From the IMG/VR virus record IMGVR_UViG_3300033080_000004, positions 1 through 54,199 of that record: 54,199 nt of DNA; one strand, given 5' to 3'. A program made the translations under genes and the position numbers. Below, piece by piece: positions 30,206-40,289 of this stretch (position 1 is the stretch's first letter; each line of letters begins with the position of its first letter). Under the pieces are notes generated by a model. That model was not told where the DNA came from. It worked only from the letters and a program-made list of their open reading frames with translations, and did no database searches. Source of the stretch: a virus. Lineage: Duplodnaviria; Caudoviricetes.

Positions 30206-30484
30206 TTAATAGGACGTAGGTATATCTTCGTTTCTATAGCAGTTCTTGCCGCAGTTTACGGTCTGACTGGTTGAGGTACTCAATACCTTCTGTTTGTCCA
30301 CACACTTACTAAAGTACTTGGTTCCGTTGTCGTAAAACCTGTAGACTGTACAGCCATCAAAGTTAAATAGGACTCCAACACTTATCGCGATGTTATCTGT
30401 CGCGGCGGTGTCTATGGGAGTGTTGGCGCAGGCTGTCAGAGTTAATGCGCAAATAATTACAAATAGAGTTAGTAATTTTTTCAT
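30206..30484 (-). CDS. lipoprotein (DUF4884-like)
   Basis: Signal peptide with LTAC lipobox; LF..DGC.VYRFYD.G..YF. Confidence 0.7.
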   Translation of the reverse strand: MKKLLTLFVIICALTLTACANTPIDTAATDNIAISVGVLFNFDGCTVYRFYDNGTKYFSKCVDKQKVLSTSTSQTVNCGKNCYRNEDIPTSY

Positions 30485-30687
30485 GATTTTTTAATGGATT
30501 GAGTCACAACAATGCCGTTAGAGTTTTGTTCAATAGTGAAATCCCCTAGATCTAAGTCACCATCAATTGTTATATTGTTAAACATGTGTTGCTCAACGTT
30601 ATCACCTGAACTTGATTGGATTAGATTGCCAAAATTTAAATCGCCAGAGGCTTTGATATTGGAAAACATTGTTTGCTTAACTGTCAT
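30481..30687 (-). CDS. hypothetical protein with two internal repeats
   Basis: V.Q.MF.NI...GDL..G occurs twice. Confidence 0.55.
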   Translation of the reverse strand: MTVKQTMFSNIKASGDLNFGNLIQSSSGDNVEQHMFNNITIDGDLDLGDFTIEQNSNGIVVTQSIKKS

Positions 30688-30718
30688 GGTTTTAGTTCCT
30701 TTAAATTTTATGGATGGA

Positions 30719-30976
30719 CTAGATAAGTTTACCGACTACTTCGCATCGAATTGTGCCCCATTTGACATCATCATCGTAACTTGAGCCGCTAGGAAATGGC
30801 ACGGTAACGCTCCATACCTCACCGTCAACGTTGATTAGTCGTGGTTCATCGCTGTAGAGCTTGGCATAACCAAATTCCTTGCGAGCGGTTTCTAGGTTTT
30901 GTTGAGCGAGTTCTAGTGCTTTGTGCGCGGCGATCGCGCTTTCAATCAATTCTTTTAATTTGTCATCTTTAGCCAT
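30719..30976 (-). CDS. hypothetical protein
   Basis: ATG ORF. Confidence 0.6.
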   Translation of the reverse strand: MAKDDKLKELIESAIAAHKALELAQQNLETARKEFGYAKLYSDEPRLINVDGEVWSVTVPFPSGSSYDDDVKWGTIRCEVVGKLI

Positions 30977-31020
30977 TACTTTTCTTTGGTTGTTAAATAG
31001 TTGGTAATTGAGTTTTAGGT

Positions 31021-31271
31021 TTAGCGGCGCATGAGTTGGCCGGAATACGGATCTTGCTTACCGTTCGGATATTTTAAATTGGTGGCGGTATTACCCGCAT
31101 GAGCATCGTTCAAGGCTTGCTGTTGATCTGCGGGAATGACGGATCAATTTCATGGATAAAAACCATGTTTAAATGATTCCTGACATCTTGTGTTTGTTCT
31201 TCAGACAACGTGGAAGCTTTGGAGATTTCAAAATACCCTTGAAGCCAGTAACAAAAGTCGCGTGAAGTCAT
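31021..31271 (-). pseudogene. FCYWLQG-family phage gene with an apparent 1-nt deletion near 31133
   Basis: Adding one C gives FPADQQQALNDAH...QLMRR*, ending at 31021. Confidence 0.5.
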
Positions 31272-31418
31272 ATCAATTAGAAAATTTACTACATTTCGAT
31301 AATAGGCGATCAACTTCTATTTGTCAATACTTAAATTTAAGCTCTTACTGTTTAGTATTGATAGAAAAATCAATATAATAATAGTGCTAATATTAAGAAG
31401 TAGATTTATTTGATGTAA

Positions 31419-31619
31419 ATGAGAAACAAAATCAAAGAGTTTGTAAAGAGTAGAGACATTTCTGTTTACAAACTTGTTCAGGACACGGGAATAGCGGCTG
31501 CTACTGCCTATGGACTACACAACAATCCATCTAAAATACCTGCGCCAAGGGTGCTAGAGGCGATTTGCAGTAGGTATGAAGTTCAGCCGTCTGAACTGAT
31601 TGAATGGGTTAAAGAATAG
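31419..31619 (+). CDS. Cro/C1-type HTH regulator
   Basis: SVYKLVQDTGI...P...VLEAIC..Y.VQP.ELIEW. Confidence 0.85.
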   Translation: MRNKIKEFVKSRDISVYKLVQDTGIAAATAYGLHNNPSKIPAPRVLEAICSRYEVQPSELIEWVKE

Positions 31620-31645
31620 AAATTTTATAGAAATACGGAGCTTTT

Positions 31646-32497
31646 ATGTCAGATTTAGTTTTATCGCATGATTACAATGGATTCCTTGTATCCCAACGGT
31701 CTAGCGATGGCTATTGGAACTTGAATCAAATGGCTAACGCGGTAGGCAAGCGGATTGAGAATTGGTTACGGCTTGATTCAACTAAAGAATTTTTAACGGA
31801 GTTCGATGAACAGCAGTTGCTTGAGTGTTCATCAGACCCAAGTATCGATTGCTCAGGACTGAGTAATCGACCTAAAGCCTTGATTACCAGTAAGGGAGGT
31901 AAAGGCGGTGGCGGCAGTACATGGGGACATCCAGATATTGCAATACTGTTTGCGATGTGGTGCAGCCCTCCTTTTGCTCTTCAGGTAGGTCGATGGGTGA
32001 GAGAATGGATGACTAGCGGTACTAATCCAATCAATTCTGTTAGTGATAGAGTTCTGATCGCCCAATCGAAAGTTGCGATCGCTCAGTCTAAAGTAGAAAT
32101 TGAGCGAATTAAGACCGATCGCATGATTGCGCTGATTGAACTCAATCACAAGAACGCGATGGAGTTGAAGGCATTCTCTCAATCTGCGCCGAAGTCAGCT
32201 AAAAAGCGGATTACTGCTGCGGCTACTGAAGATGCGGCAGATATTCTTGACCAATTTATCAATCAATGCCTAGTGCAGTGCGATCGCGCTGTTGAGTTGA
32301 GTCAGGATGCTTTAATTGATGCGTATAAAGCTTTTTGCGCCGCGAATTGTTACCAGAAGATGGGTTTAAATACCCTTATCTCTCGCCTAAAAAATAAACT
32401 GGCGGGCAATCGCATTGATCGCAAGCCAGTTTATGATCCGGTGTTGAAAAAGACATCGCAAGTGCCTAGTAAGTGGGTAGGGTTGCGGTTGGTTTAG
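31646..32497 (+). CDS. KilA-N domain protein with C-terminal D5-like winged helix
   Basis: DGYWNLNQMA...ENWLRL..TKE, TWGHPDIAILFAMWCSP.F; C-terminal YK.FC..N...W.GLRL. Confidence 0.85.
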   Translation: MSDLVLSHDYNGFLVSQRSSDGYWNLNQMANAVGKRIENWLRLDSTKEFLTEFDEQQLLECSSDPSIDCSGLSNRPKALITSKGGKGGGGSTWGHPDIAILFAMWCSPPFALQVGRWVREWMTSGTNPINSVSDRVLIAQSKVAIAQSKVEIERIKTDRMIALIELNHKNAMELKAFSQSAPKSAKKRITAAATEDAADILDQFINQCLVQCDRAVELSQDALIDAYKAFCAANCYQKMGLNTLISRLKNKLAGNRIDRKPVYDPVLKKTSQVPSKWVGLRLV

Positions 32498-32554
32498 TTT
32501 GTTATTAGAAGTAATTTAAGGCAGTTAAGTTTGCGGATTAGCTGCTTTTTTATT

Positions 32555-33796
32555 TTACCAATCAGAGCTACTTGAGCTAGAGTCGGAGCTTCCAAAATCT
32601 GAACTGCTAGAGCTTGAGCTAGAATCAGAGCTACTAGAACTGCTACCCCAGTCATAGCCGCTACTCGAACTAGAGTCAGAGCTACTGGATCGGGAGCTTC
32701 TGCCAGAATCATAGCTATTCCAGTAGTTATTTTCTACAACTACATTGGTAGAGTTGTTGTTTGTTTTTGGCTTTTGGGCGACCGTTGCTGGCTTGGATTT
32801 TGTTGGTGTTTTGGCGGCTGGTTTTGTGCTAGTTTCCCGTTTTAGATTACTGTAATCCTGTTGGAAAACATTTCGATAGGCGTTCACGCCTTTCAAGGAA
32901 TTTAAATCGTTAGAAATAGTGTTTAGCGTGAAGTTTGCATCATTTAACAATCTCAATAAAACTTCTAGATTGTCACTATTTTCAACTTTCACGGACTCTC
33001 TACTGGAATAAATAGCCTCAATGTCTTCACCAGCTTTAACCGATTTAGATTTAACGTTCTCGAATGATGATTTCTTGGCATCAGTATCCAGTAATTTATC
33101 ATCAAAGAATTTAATCTCATCACCCAACGTTACATAGCGCTCCGACGCTTTTTTGATGTTTTCATCAAGGTTCTTCCAGTTGGATTTTAATTCTTTTTGG
33201 GTATTGGCATAATTCAACACCAAAACCACAATAATAATTCCAGAAATTAGTAACATCAAAATTATTAAGACGGTTCCAAAAAACACGGCTGTCAGTTTAT
33301 CGGATGAAACTTTATCGTTTACAACAGCCGTCAGTTTGATAATTGCGCCGTTCGGATCTTGTGGCAAATAATTGCGTAGCACTGGCTTTTGTAGATCCGT
33401 TAACGCTGATGCTGTAAATGTATCTCTCAACTTGCTTCCGGCATTCATGCTAAATGAGCCGTGAAGTGGGTTGACATCCCTTACATACACCAATGTGATG
33501 TAGCGATCGCCCAACTGACTGCCGTATTTTGAGATAAATTTGTCATTTACAATTCTGGCATAGCCCTTTTCTGGTAGGTCATCACCTTTTACTGTAGCGA
33601 TACTAACAAATTTAATATCGTGACTGCTAGATGATTCTACTAATTTACTCTCAATGGTAGGTAAATTGAGTTCTGGGCTTACATAGGAGCTTTTAGATGA
33701 TTGATACTCTGGAATCCATGTTGGGGCGGCGATCGCCGGAAATTGCAAATGTAGCGAGAGTATTAACGCGATAGCAATGATTGGTAATTTTTTCAT
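32555..33796 (-). CDS. exported/membrane protein (TPM-like) with Ser-rich tail
   Basis: Signal peptide, one TM helix, coiled coil and S/D/G-rich C-terminus ending DW. Confidence 0.7.
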   Translation of the reverse strand: MKKLPIIAIALILSLHLQFPAIAAPTWIPEYQSSKSSYVSPELNLPTIESKLVESSSSHDIKFVSIATVKGDDLPEKGYARIVNDKFISKYGSQLGDRYITLVYVRDVNPLHGSFSMNAGSKLRDTFTASALTDLQKPVLRNYLPQDPNGAIIKLTAVVNDKVSSDKLTAVFFGTVLIILMLLISGIIIVVLVLNYANTQKELKSNWKNLDENIKKASERYVTLGDEIKFFDDKLLDTDAKKSSFENVKSKSVKAGEDIEAIYSSRESVKVENSDNLEVLLRLLNDANFTLNTISNDLNSLKGVNAYRNVFQQDYSNLKRETSTKPAAKTPTKSKPATVAQKPKTNNNSTNVVVENNYWNSYDSGRSSRSSSSDSSSSSGYDWGSSSSSSDSSSSSSSSDFGSSDSSSSSSDW

Positions 33797-33801
33797 ACTT
33801 A

Positions 33802-34119
33802 TTATGCGTGAGAGCCAATTTTAATTAAATAGCCAGAATAGTTGGGGTGAGTATAATCAGAAACATCACAACACCCAAAGCTAGATCCTTCTTCAAGCCA
33901 TGAAATATAGTCATTAGCCCATTCAATAGGTACTAATGCTATCCAATCCTCATCGCCGCCATTTGTGCTAAGCGATCTCAATTCAATTGGCGCGTCGTAA
34001 TATTTCCAAACTTTAATAAATAATTTCTGAGGTTCAGTAAGTTCCAATGATTCACGCTCAGTATTTAGCTCACTTGCGATGTGGCCAAACAGGGCTAGTA
34101 GCTGTAAGTCGGTTTTCAT
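33802..34119 (-). CDS. hypothetical phage protein
   Basis: Overlapping start and stop with its neighbour. Confidence 0.65.
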   Translation of the reverse strand: MKTDLQLLALFGHIASELNTERESLELTEPQKLFIKVWKYYDAPIELRSLSTNGGDEDWIALVPIEWANDYISWLEEGSSFGCCDVSDYTHPNYSGYLIKIGSHA

Positions 34120-34595
34120 AACGCAGCCATCCGATCGCAGTATTCTTTAACCCGACTTACTTTCGTCCCATAGGCTTCTTTTTGTTTCTGCTCCATGATG
34201 CCGCAGTATTTATTGAGGGCGGCGCTCCAGTCAAAATCTACGCAATTGCGAAGGTTTTTTGAAAACGAAATTCGAGAGGTGGGTGATGAGCTATAAAATG
34301 CCGTCAAAAGGATACTTGTTCGTTCGGCGCCATCAATCGCTAGATAGACATGGTAAAGATTTTCGACTCCATACCAATGAGAGCGGGTATAATAAAAGCC
34401 TTCTTGTTGACGATCGCCATCTGGTAATGTTTTTATTAACAGCGCGATCGCGTCACGCATTGCCTGTTGTTCTGGCGTAATTTCTATTTCTGGTTCTTCT
34501 TTGGGAGATGCGATCGTGCCTTGAACATCTTGAGCTAGTGCGCTTTCATATTCTTCTTGCGATCCTAGCCACTGCCTTATTAACTTTTTAATCAT
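34116..34595 (-). CDS. hypothetical protein
   Basis: Coupled gene run. Confidence 0.65.
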   Translation of the reverse strand: MIKKLIRQWLGSQEEYESALAQDVQGTIASPKEEPEIEITPEQQAMRDAIALLIKTLPDGDRQQEGFYYTRSHWYGVENLYHVYLAIDGAERTSILLTAFYSSSPTSRISFSKNLRNCVDFDWSAALNKYCGIMEQKQKEAYGTKVSRVKEYCDRMAAL

Positions 34596-34873
34596 TGTGA
34601 ATCTCTAGAACTTAGTCGAAGTCCGCAAATCGTGGGAAATTCTTTATGCTCCAATCCCATCTCGTTGTGCGCGCGCATCGCTTTTATACCTAGTTCCATT
34701 TCGTGCTTAGAAACGAGTAAAATACGTTCTTTGCTATCTGGTGGAATTGCCCTTGCGTTGAGATCAGTTGAGATTTTTAGGGCGCGATGGAATACCGCAT
34801 CTCTAAACTCCGCTGCTATTGCTTGGTATTCCATCGCGCGACCAAACTCTTGATCAACTGCTTCTTGGTTCAT
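34592..34873 (-). CDS. hypothetical protein
   Basis: First gene after the promoter near 34924. Confidence 0.65.
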   Translation of the reverse strand: MNQEAVDQEFGRAMEYQAIAAEFRDAVFHRALKISTDLNARAIPPDSKERILLVSKHEMELGIKAMRAHNEMGLEHKEFPTICGLRLSSRDSQ

Positions 34874-35289
34874 AATCTCTTTTAATTACTTTCTGCTCCA
34901 ATATTAACCGATCGCTCGCTGATTGTCAATATACTAGTATGAAGAAATATTAAGCGGCGTATCGCAGTCATATCAAGGGTTTTAGTCACAACACAAAATT
35001 AAGCCTGACCGATCGCGCCGTAAAACCAAATCAGACAAGCTTAACTTTAGCCCTAATGTAACGAAATATTAAGGGCTTTTTTAAATGTGTAGTTTTGTAA
35101 AGTTTCCTGTATCTATTGATTCAGACGCATTAAGACACTACCCAAAACCCATGAGTCGGGGCTTTAAATTGGGTGATAAATAGTCATGTATTAGTTGATA
35201 TAACTGGGTTTTAGAGTTTTCAGACAATCTATACAGGACGCGATCGGGTTTAGCGTTATTACATAAAGTATATTGATTTTGAGTTTTGA

Positions 35290-35850
35290 TGAATTATGGT
35301 AAAAATCACCATAATTATTTTTACCATGATTATCACTATGAGACTCACTTTATTATTTTGAGACTTTACATTCTTATTATGAGACTCACCGTATTATCTT
35401 GAGACTTTTTAATTATCACCATGAGACTTATAGCTATCACAATGAGACTAAATAATTATGGTGAAAGTTACCATAATTATTTTTACCTTGAGTCTCACGA
35501 TAAGACTCGCTTTATCAATATGGGATTTATTACGCCTACAGTCTCACTATGAGACTCATAAATAGCCTTAAATAATTATGGTGAAATCTACCATAATTAT
35601 TTATCGGTAATAATCTAGCAGTACGACAGGGTTTGGTTAAGCGTAAGACATGATCAGGACAGGAGTGAAAATGAGGCAAGCTTATGGTTATGTCCTATAT
35701 ACCCAGCAAGGCTTTGCAGCTTTTCGGACAAACATAACGGGGTTTAAAGCTGATTATCGTGCTTAAGGATATAAATATAAAGTGAAATTATGATTTTGAT
35801 CATGATCATTATTGCTTCACTACTGTCTCAAATGAGACTGCTATGAGACT
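35290..35850. repeat. iteron-like array and palindromes; candidate replication origin
   Basis: TGAGACT at 35339, 35359, 35380, 35400, 35422 and 35443; three AATTATGGT..ACCATAATT palindromes; lies in a 1.3-kb AT-rich gap with no long ORF. Confidence 0.7.
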
Positions 35851-36202
35851 AACGAAACTCAAGTTTTAAGCGATTTTCCTATAGAGTTACATTGGTGTGG
35901 TTGTCCTGCTTGTCATGTACGTCTGATGTAGATATATCAAGGATACAGGTATATGTTATTTATTTTAAAGTATTTGTATTATATATACTATGATCCTTGC
36001 GCAGCAAGTAGTACAGGCGCTATTTAATAACTTTGACCTCTAAACACAAAAAAGCCGCGATCGCGGCTCGGCTCTAAGTCTTGTGGTGCGACGACAATCA
36101 TTCTGGGTTTTCCCGTTTAAAACAGGAAAACCGTATTAGTATTTTAATTCCCCTAGTCTTTTGGTTATGCTAGTATTGAATTGAAGTAAATCATTAATTA
36201 AT

Positions 36203-36406
36203 TTGAGAAACAAGATCAAAGAGTTTATTGGCAATAGGGATATCTCTGTTTATAGGCTTATCCAAGAAACAGGCGTATCCCCTTCCGCCGCATATAGTTT
36301 GTGCAAGGATTCGTCAAGAATACCCGCCCCAAAGGTGCTGGAGGCTATATGTAGCAGATATGAAGTTCAGCCGTCTGAGCTGATTGAGTGGGTCAAGGAA
36401 GTCTAG
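36203..36406 (+). CDS. Cro/C1-type HTH regulator (paralog of 31419-31619)
   Basis: Identical C-terminal VLEAICSRYEVQPSELIEWVKE. Confidence 0.85.
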   Translation: MRNKIKEFIGNRDISVYRLIQETGVSPSAAYSLCKDSSRIPAPKVLEAICSRYEVQPSELIEWVKEV

Positions 36407-36428
36407 TCACTAAAACAATAAAATAACA

Positions 36429-37298
36429 ATGTCAAACCTATCAAACAACAATATCAACTCGCTCGGATTTAGTCGGCACAATAAAGATGGATTGGAGCTT
36501 CTGATTAACGAATTAACAGGTGAAGTCAGGATGTCTCAGGCAGCAATCCAAAGACTAACCAATGCCCCAAAATCAAGTTTAAGCGCGTTCTTGCGTGGTA
36601 ATGGTTCAGAATTTGGGGTTTTAGAGCTTGAAATGCCTACTGTACAAGGATCACGAATGGTTCAGACTTATGACGAAAAATGCTTTGTGGCTTGCGTTAA
36701 AAAATTCAATATTGACATGATTGATCTAATTATTGAAGCAGGTACAAGGCTTTACCTGTACGGACTGGCAGGATACGGAGTTAAACTAGAAAAACCTAGC
36801 ACATCCACTCCGCCAACTCAACCTGCACTCAATCCAGTAGAAGCATTGATCGCCAAATACCCACAGTTACCACCTAAAGGCGGCGTACTCACCATGGCTA
36901 AGTGGTACAACGGCATTGATTCAGTACCTAAATTCTTTATCCCTCGCGGCATTGAATCAAGTGAGGGCGGGCTAAATAGCGAGCATTGCGAATGGCTGGC
37001 TTACTGGGATAACCAAGAAGCCGCGATCGCCTTTAAGCGGCTAATAACCCATGAATGCGTTGATTTTGATCAGCCGTCATACAACCGCATGTCCCAGAAA
37101 AATGTTGTTGCTTACAATGTATTTGATAGCCTACTGTACAAGATGGATAAAGCTATCAGGTATGATCCTAAGCAGGTAACGCCCAAACAGTTAATGCACT
37201 ATCTTGATAAGTGTGATCTTGTTGCCAAAAATCCTGACGCGGTCAAGGACTACAAAAGCAAGAAATTTGATCCTTGTAAGTGGCTTGAATCGGCGTAA
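36429..37298 (+). CDS. antirepressor-like DNA-binding protein
   Basis: Position after the HTH gene; DGLELLI...TGE...SQ...GTRLYLYGLAGY N-terminal domain. Confidence 0.55.
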   Translation: MSNLSNNNINSLGFSRHNKDGLELLINELTGEVRMSQAAIQRLTNAPKSSLSAFLRGNGSEFGVLELEMPTVQGSRMVQTYDEKCFVACVKKFNIDMIDLIIEAGTRLYLYGLAGYGVKLEKPSTSTPPTQPALNPVEALIAKYPQLPPKGGVLTMAKWYNGIDSVPKFFIPRGIESSEGGLNSEHCEWLAYWDNQEAAIAFKRLITHECVDFDQPSYNRMSQKNVVAYNVFDSLLYKMDKAIRYDPKQVTPKQLMHYLDKCDLVAKNPDAVKDYKSKKFDPCKWLESA

Positions 37299-37338
37299 CA
37301 CCGCGATCGCCTTAACGATGAGGTGATCGCGGCTCTAT

Positions 37339-37632
37339 CTAATCTGCCATCAACTCCTGAATGATAGCGGCTTGGTTCTCAATGATCTGAGCCGCATCGC
37401 CCATAATCCGAGATGTTAATTTGATTTGAGTGCTAGTCTCGGACTTCAACTTATCAGCGATCGCGCAGATTCTTTCTGACAGCGTTTGACCGTTAGTTGG
37501 GAGCGCCATAAACTCCATGGCGACAGGTCTCGTGGCTTCAGCGATCGCGCTGAGTATCATTTCATTTGAATCAGTGGCGTTAAAGCTTAATCCTAAGTTC
37601 GTAGCAATGAGTTCGATGTAAGTGCGTTCCAT
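37339..37632 (-). CDS. hypothetical protein
   Basis: Own promoter near 37682, AGGA RBS. Confidence 0.65.
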   Translation of the reverse strand: MERTYIELIATNLGLSFNATDSNEMILSAIAEATRPVAMEFMALPTNGQTLSERICAIADKLKSETSTQIKLTSRIMGDAAQIIENQAAIIQELMAD

Positions 37633-37649
37633 ATGACTTCCTGTTGATT

Positions 37650-37690
37650 AACTTCTTTATATTATGCGATTAATCACAATCTGTCAATAG
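37650..37690 (-). promoter_or_regulatory. representative repeated sigma70-type promoter
   Basis: TTGACA-GATTGTGATTAATCGCA-TAATAT-AAAGAAGTTAATCAA; near-identical copy at 38424-38465. Confidence 0.85.
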
Positions 37691-37718
37691 CTAATTTAAA
37701 AGAAGCCGCGATCTTAGC

Positions 37719-38399
37719 TTAGTCTTTCTTGGAAATTAAAAACAACTTTTGAGCTGGACTTTTCCAGTTATAGGGCGATTCGTCTAGCCCTAGTAACTGG
37801 AACTTATTTAAAAACAAAGATTCGGGTAAAAACTGGCCTTTCTTTCGGGGCTTCTTGGCTTGATCCTGAACAAAAGCTTGATATTCTTGCCATGCATTGT
37901 CGTAATTAGGCTTGACAGTTTCAATAATCTCAACTTTCTCGACTACAGCTTTACACTTAGGCTGTAGTTGGCTGGATTCTAGCGCAACAAACCATTGCGG
38001 GTCTATTACCCATTCACCCGCACGATGGCGAGCCGATCCAATTGCAGAAGCCACCGCTTTTGTGACGTACTCTTCACGAGAGAACCGACGACGATTAGAA
38101 GAGTAATCCGTTACTTCGTACTCAGGCTCCATCCATTCTGGGGATTTGTTGCGCATACCATCGCCCTCACCGCTAGCCCAATATCCATTAGAGACTTTGA
38201 CCTTAACAATGGGATTGTCCCACTCATTTGCAGCCTTGACACTAACTGCCGCTGTGATTTGAGCGATCGCCTCTCCTGAAATTTCACCATCCACCCACCG
38301 CCAGCATGGATTTTCACCATCAAGTGTGGGGTAGGCTTCACCATCTTCCCAGAATACTAGGTGGTCAGGAATGTTATCCCAATCAATATTTAAAGACAT
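37719..38399 (-). CDS. hypothetical protein
   Basis: Own promoter near 38457, AGGAG RBS. Confidence 0.7.
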   Translation of the reverse strand: MSLNIDWDNIPDHLVFWEDGEAYPTLDGENPCWRWVDGEISGEAIAQITAAVSVKAANEWDNPIVKVKVSNGYWASGEGDGMRNKSPEWMEPEYEVTDYSSNRRRFSREEYVTKAVASAIGSARHRAGEWVIDPQWFVALESSQLQPKCKAVVEKVEIIETVKPNYDNAWQEYQAFVQDQAKKPRKKGQFLPESLFLNKFQLLGLDESPYNWKSPAQKLFLISKKD

Positions 38400-38470
38400 T
38401 TATTTTCTCCTGATTAACTTGATTAACTTCTTTATATTATGCGATTAATCATAATCTGTCAATAGCTAAA

Positions 38471-38702
38471 TTAGAACAATTCATAGCCTAGGTTCTTTCT
38501 TATGGCTGATCGTACAGGCTTAAAAGCGCTAGGTCTGTGATCAATCCAGAACGAAGCTTTACTGCCAAACGTATCGAAAATAGTTTTTATTTCTTCATCT
38601 GAAAAGCGATAAGACTCGTATTTTAGAAAGTTGGTTGCGAGCTTTGTTGCCCATTCAATCTGCTTTGTTGTTCCATCCGTGATCGAGAGAAGACTTAATC
38701 AT
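38471..38702 (-). pseudogene. G..KQI.WA...FWID.R family gene, frameshifted near its start
   Basis: ATG at 38702 is 1 nt out of frame with ITDGTTKQIEWA...KASFWIDHR...ELF*; own promoter near 38758. Confidence 0.5.
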
Positions 38703-38840
38703 TTAACTTACCTTTGCGATTGATTAACTTTTATATATTATAGCTAATTCTAGTATTTGTCAATAGGTAATTTAAAATAAAAATACGATCGCCTACTAAA
38801 CAAATAAGCGATCGCATTTGTGTTACACTGGTTTCACTAT

Positions 38841-38914
38841 CGCGGGGTAGAACAGTCTGGTAGTTCGTCGGGCTCATAATCCGAAGGTCAGTGGTTCAAA
38901 TCCACTCCCCGCTA
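38841..38914 (+). tRNA. tRNA-fMet (CAT), CCA not encoded
   Basis: CGCGGGG/CCCCGCT acceptor with a 1:72 mismatch, CTCATAA loop, GGTTCAAATCC T arm. Confidence 0.93.
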
Positions 38915-39136
38915 TTTATGATCTTGTCCATGCTTTTCGAGCGCGTATGCAGTTAATTTAACGGCAGCGCATACTTGTAAGCCAGCCATTATTGCCCCAA
39001 TCCATAAATTGTTTATAGACGCTACTGGTAAAGTTACAGAGAATGCAAATATAACAAACAGTAGCGTTAAGGGGTGATTGTAATTAGCTTTTACGAATCG
39101 TTTGCAAAAAAAGTAAGATGATTGAAAACGTAACAT
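38912..39136 (-). CDS. small two-TM membrane protein
   Basis: GGAG RBS, promoter near 39190, hydrophobic segments. Confidence 0.55.
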   Translation of the reverse strand: MLRFQSSYFFCKRFVKANYNHPLTLLFVIFAFSVTLPVASINNLWIGAIMAGLQVCAAVKLTAYALEKHGQDHK

Positions 39137-39209
39137 GTGTTAACTCCAATATGTTGTGTGGTACAATGATAAACTAATTAATTACGATTTGTCAACAGGT
39201 AATTTAAAA

Positions 39210-39974
39210 TTAGGCAATCAGCGCATCCAAATCATTAATCATGCGCCAATCATGCGCCCACATAAACTCAAATCCTGCGGCTTGAGCCGCCTCTTGATCT
39301 TCAGGGCGATCGCCCACCATAAGCTTTTCCTCAACCTTAATGTCACAGAATCTTAAATATTCTTCTGCATCCAACAGCATCCCTATTGATGGTTTCCTAA
39401 AACTTACCGATTTCCTGTCAACCAAGGGTTCTGTGTTTTCATAGTGTTTCCAATCGCCTTGAGCATCAAAAGCTGAGACACACCAACTTGTTAACCCACT
39501 GTCAGGGCAAAGCATCCCCCTGAATTTTAGATTTTCTGGCCATTTTAGTAACGGGTAAATCAATTGCATTGCATACCGCATCTCTGCGATCGCGTCATCA
39601 AGAGTTTTATATTGAAACTTACACTTGATTCCGTTGTGAACAAAAATCCAGTTGTGTTTTTTCTGGTCAATCTCCTCCCACGTCAGGGTTGCGCCAAGTT
39701 CGTTAAGTGCATTATGTGTAATTTTTCTCGGAGCCATCAAGGGAGTGTGAAGATAGTAAGAACCAACTGGAATGTCTTTTGCGTCACACTCTCGAATCTC
39801 GCAACCACCTTGATTGCTAGCGATCGCGATAGTCCACCCATCGGCAACATGCCTCTGAATCACTTCAGCTACCCCTTCAATCAATTCTTGATCGTTAGGG
39901 TGTTGAACGAAAGTGTTACCAGATTTGGGGCGAACGATTGTGCCATCTTTATCTAAAACCAATAATTTAGTCAT
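39210..39974 (-). CDS. HAD IIIA phosphatase (PNK 3'-phosphatase/GmhB-like)
   Basis: DKDGT, SNQGG, RKP..GM, MVGDRPED..AA..AG..F. Confidence 0.9.
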   Translation of the reverse strand: MTKLLVLDKDGTIVRPKSGNTFVQHPNDQELIEGVAEVIQRHVADGWTIAIASNQGGCEIRECDAKDIPVGSYYLHTPLMAPRKITHNALNELGATLTWEEIDQKKHNWIFVHNGIKCKFQYKTLDDAIAEMRYAMQLIYPLLKWPENLKFRGMLCPDSGLTSWCVSAFDAQGDWKHYENTEPLVDRKSVSFRKPSIGMLLDAEEYLRFCDIKVEEKLMVGDRPEDQEAAQAAGFEFMWAHDWRMINDLDALIA

Positions 39975-40289
39975 TGCGTTATTTCTGTTTATTTGGACTT
40001 TTTTATATTATGTGATTAATTGCCGTTTTGTCAATAGGTAATTTCATCGCTTTCGTGATACAGTTGATTTTGAAATAACACAAAACCTATGGCCACAGAC
40101 TCAATACAAACGCGCTTTAGAAGCAAGCATGTTTTACGATAAGTTAGGGATTCCAAAGATTAGCGGCGATCGCGTTTTAATAGTTTCACAAGAGGACATG
40201 TGTGACATGCCACAAGACGTGCTATTGGCTATGACAACCGATACACTAACGATCTACGGGTTGAGAGTTAAGGTTGCTTAGCCGTACTG

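Noticed and set aside
32494-32760. Short GAGCTA-rich DNA repeats and the alternative 72-aa ORF
   Set aside because: Explained by the Ser-rich tail of 32555-33796.
35339-35450. Regularly spaced repeats as a CRISPR array
   Set aside because: The repeat core is only 7 nt with a ~21-nt period, and no cas genes are present; iterons fit better.
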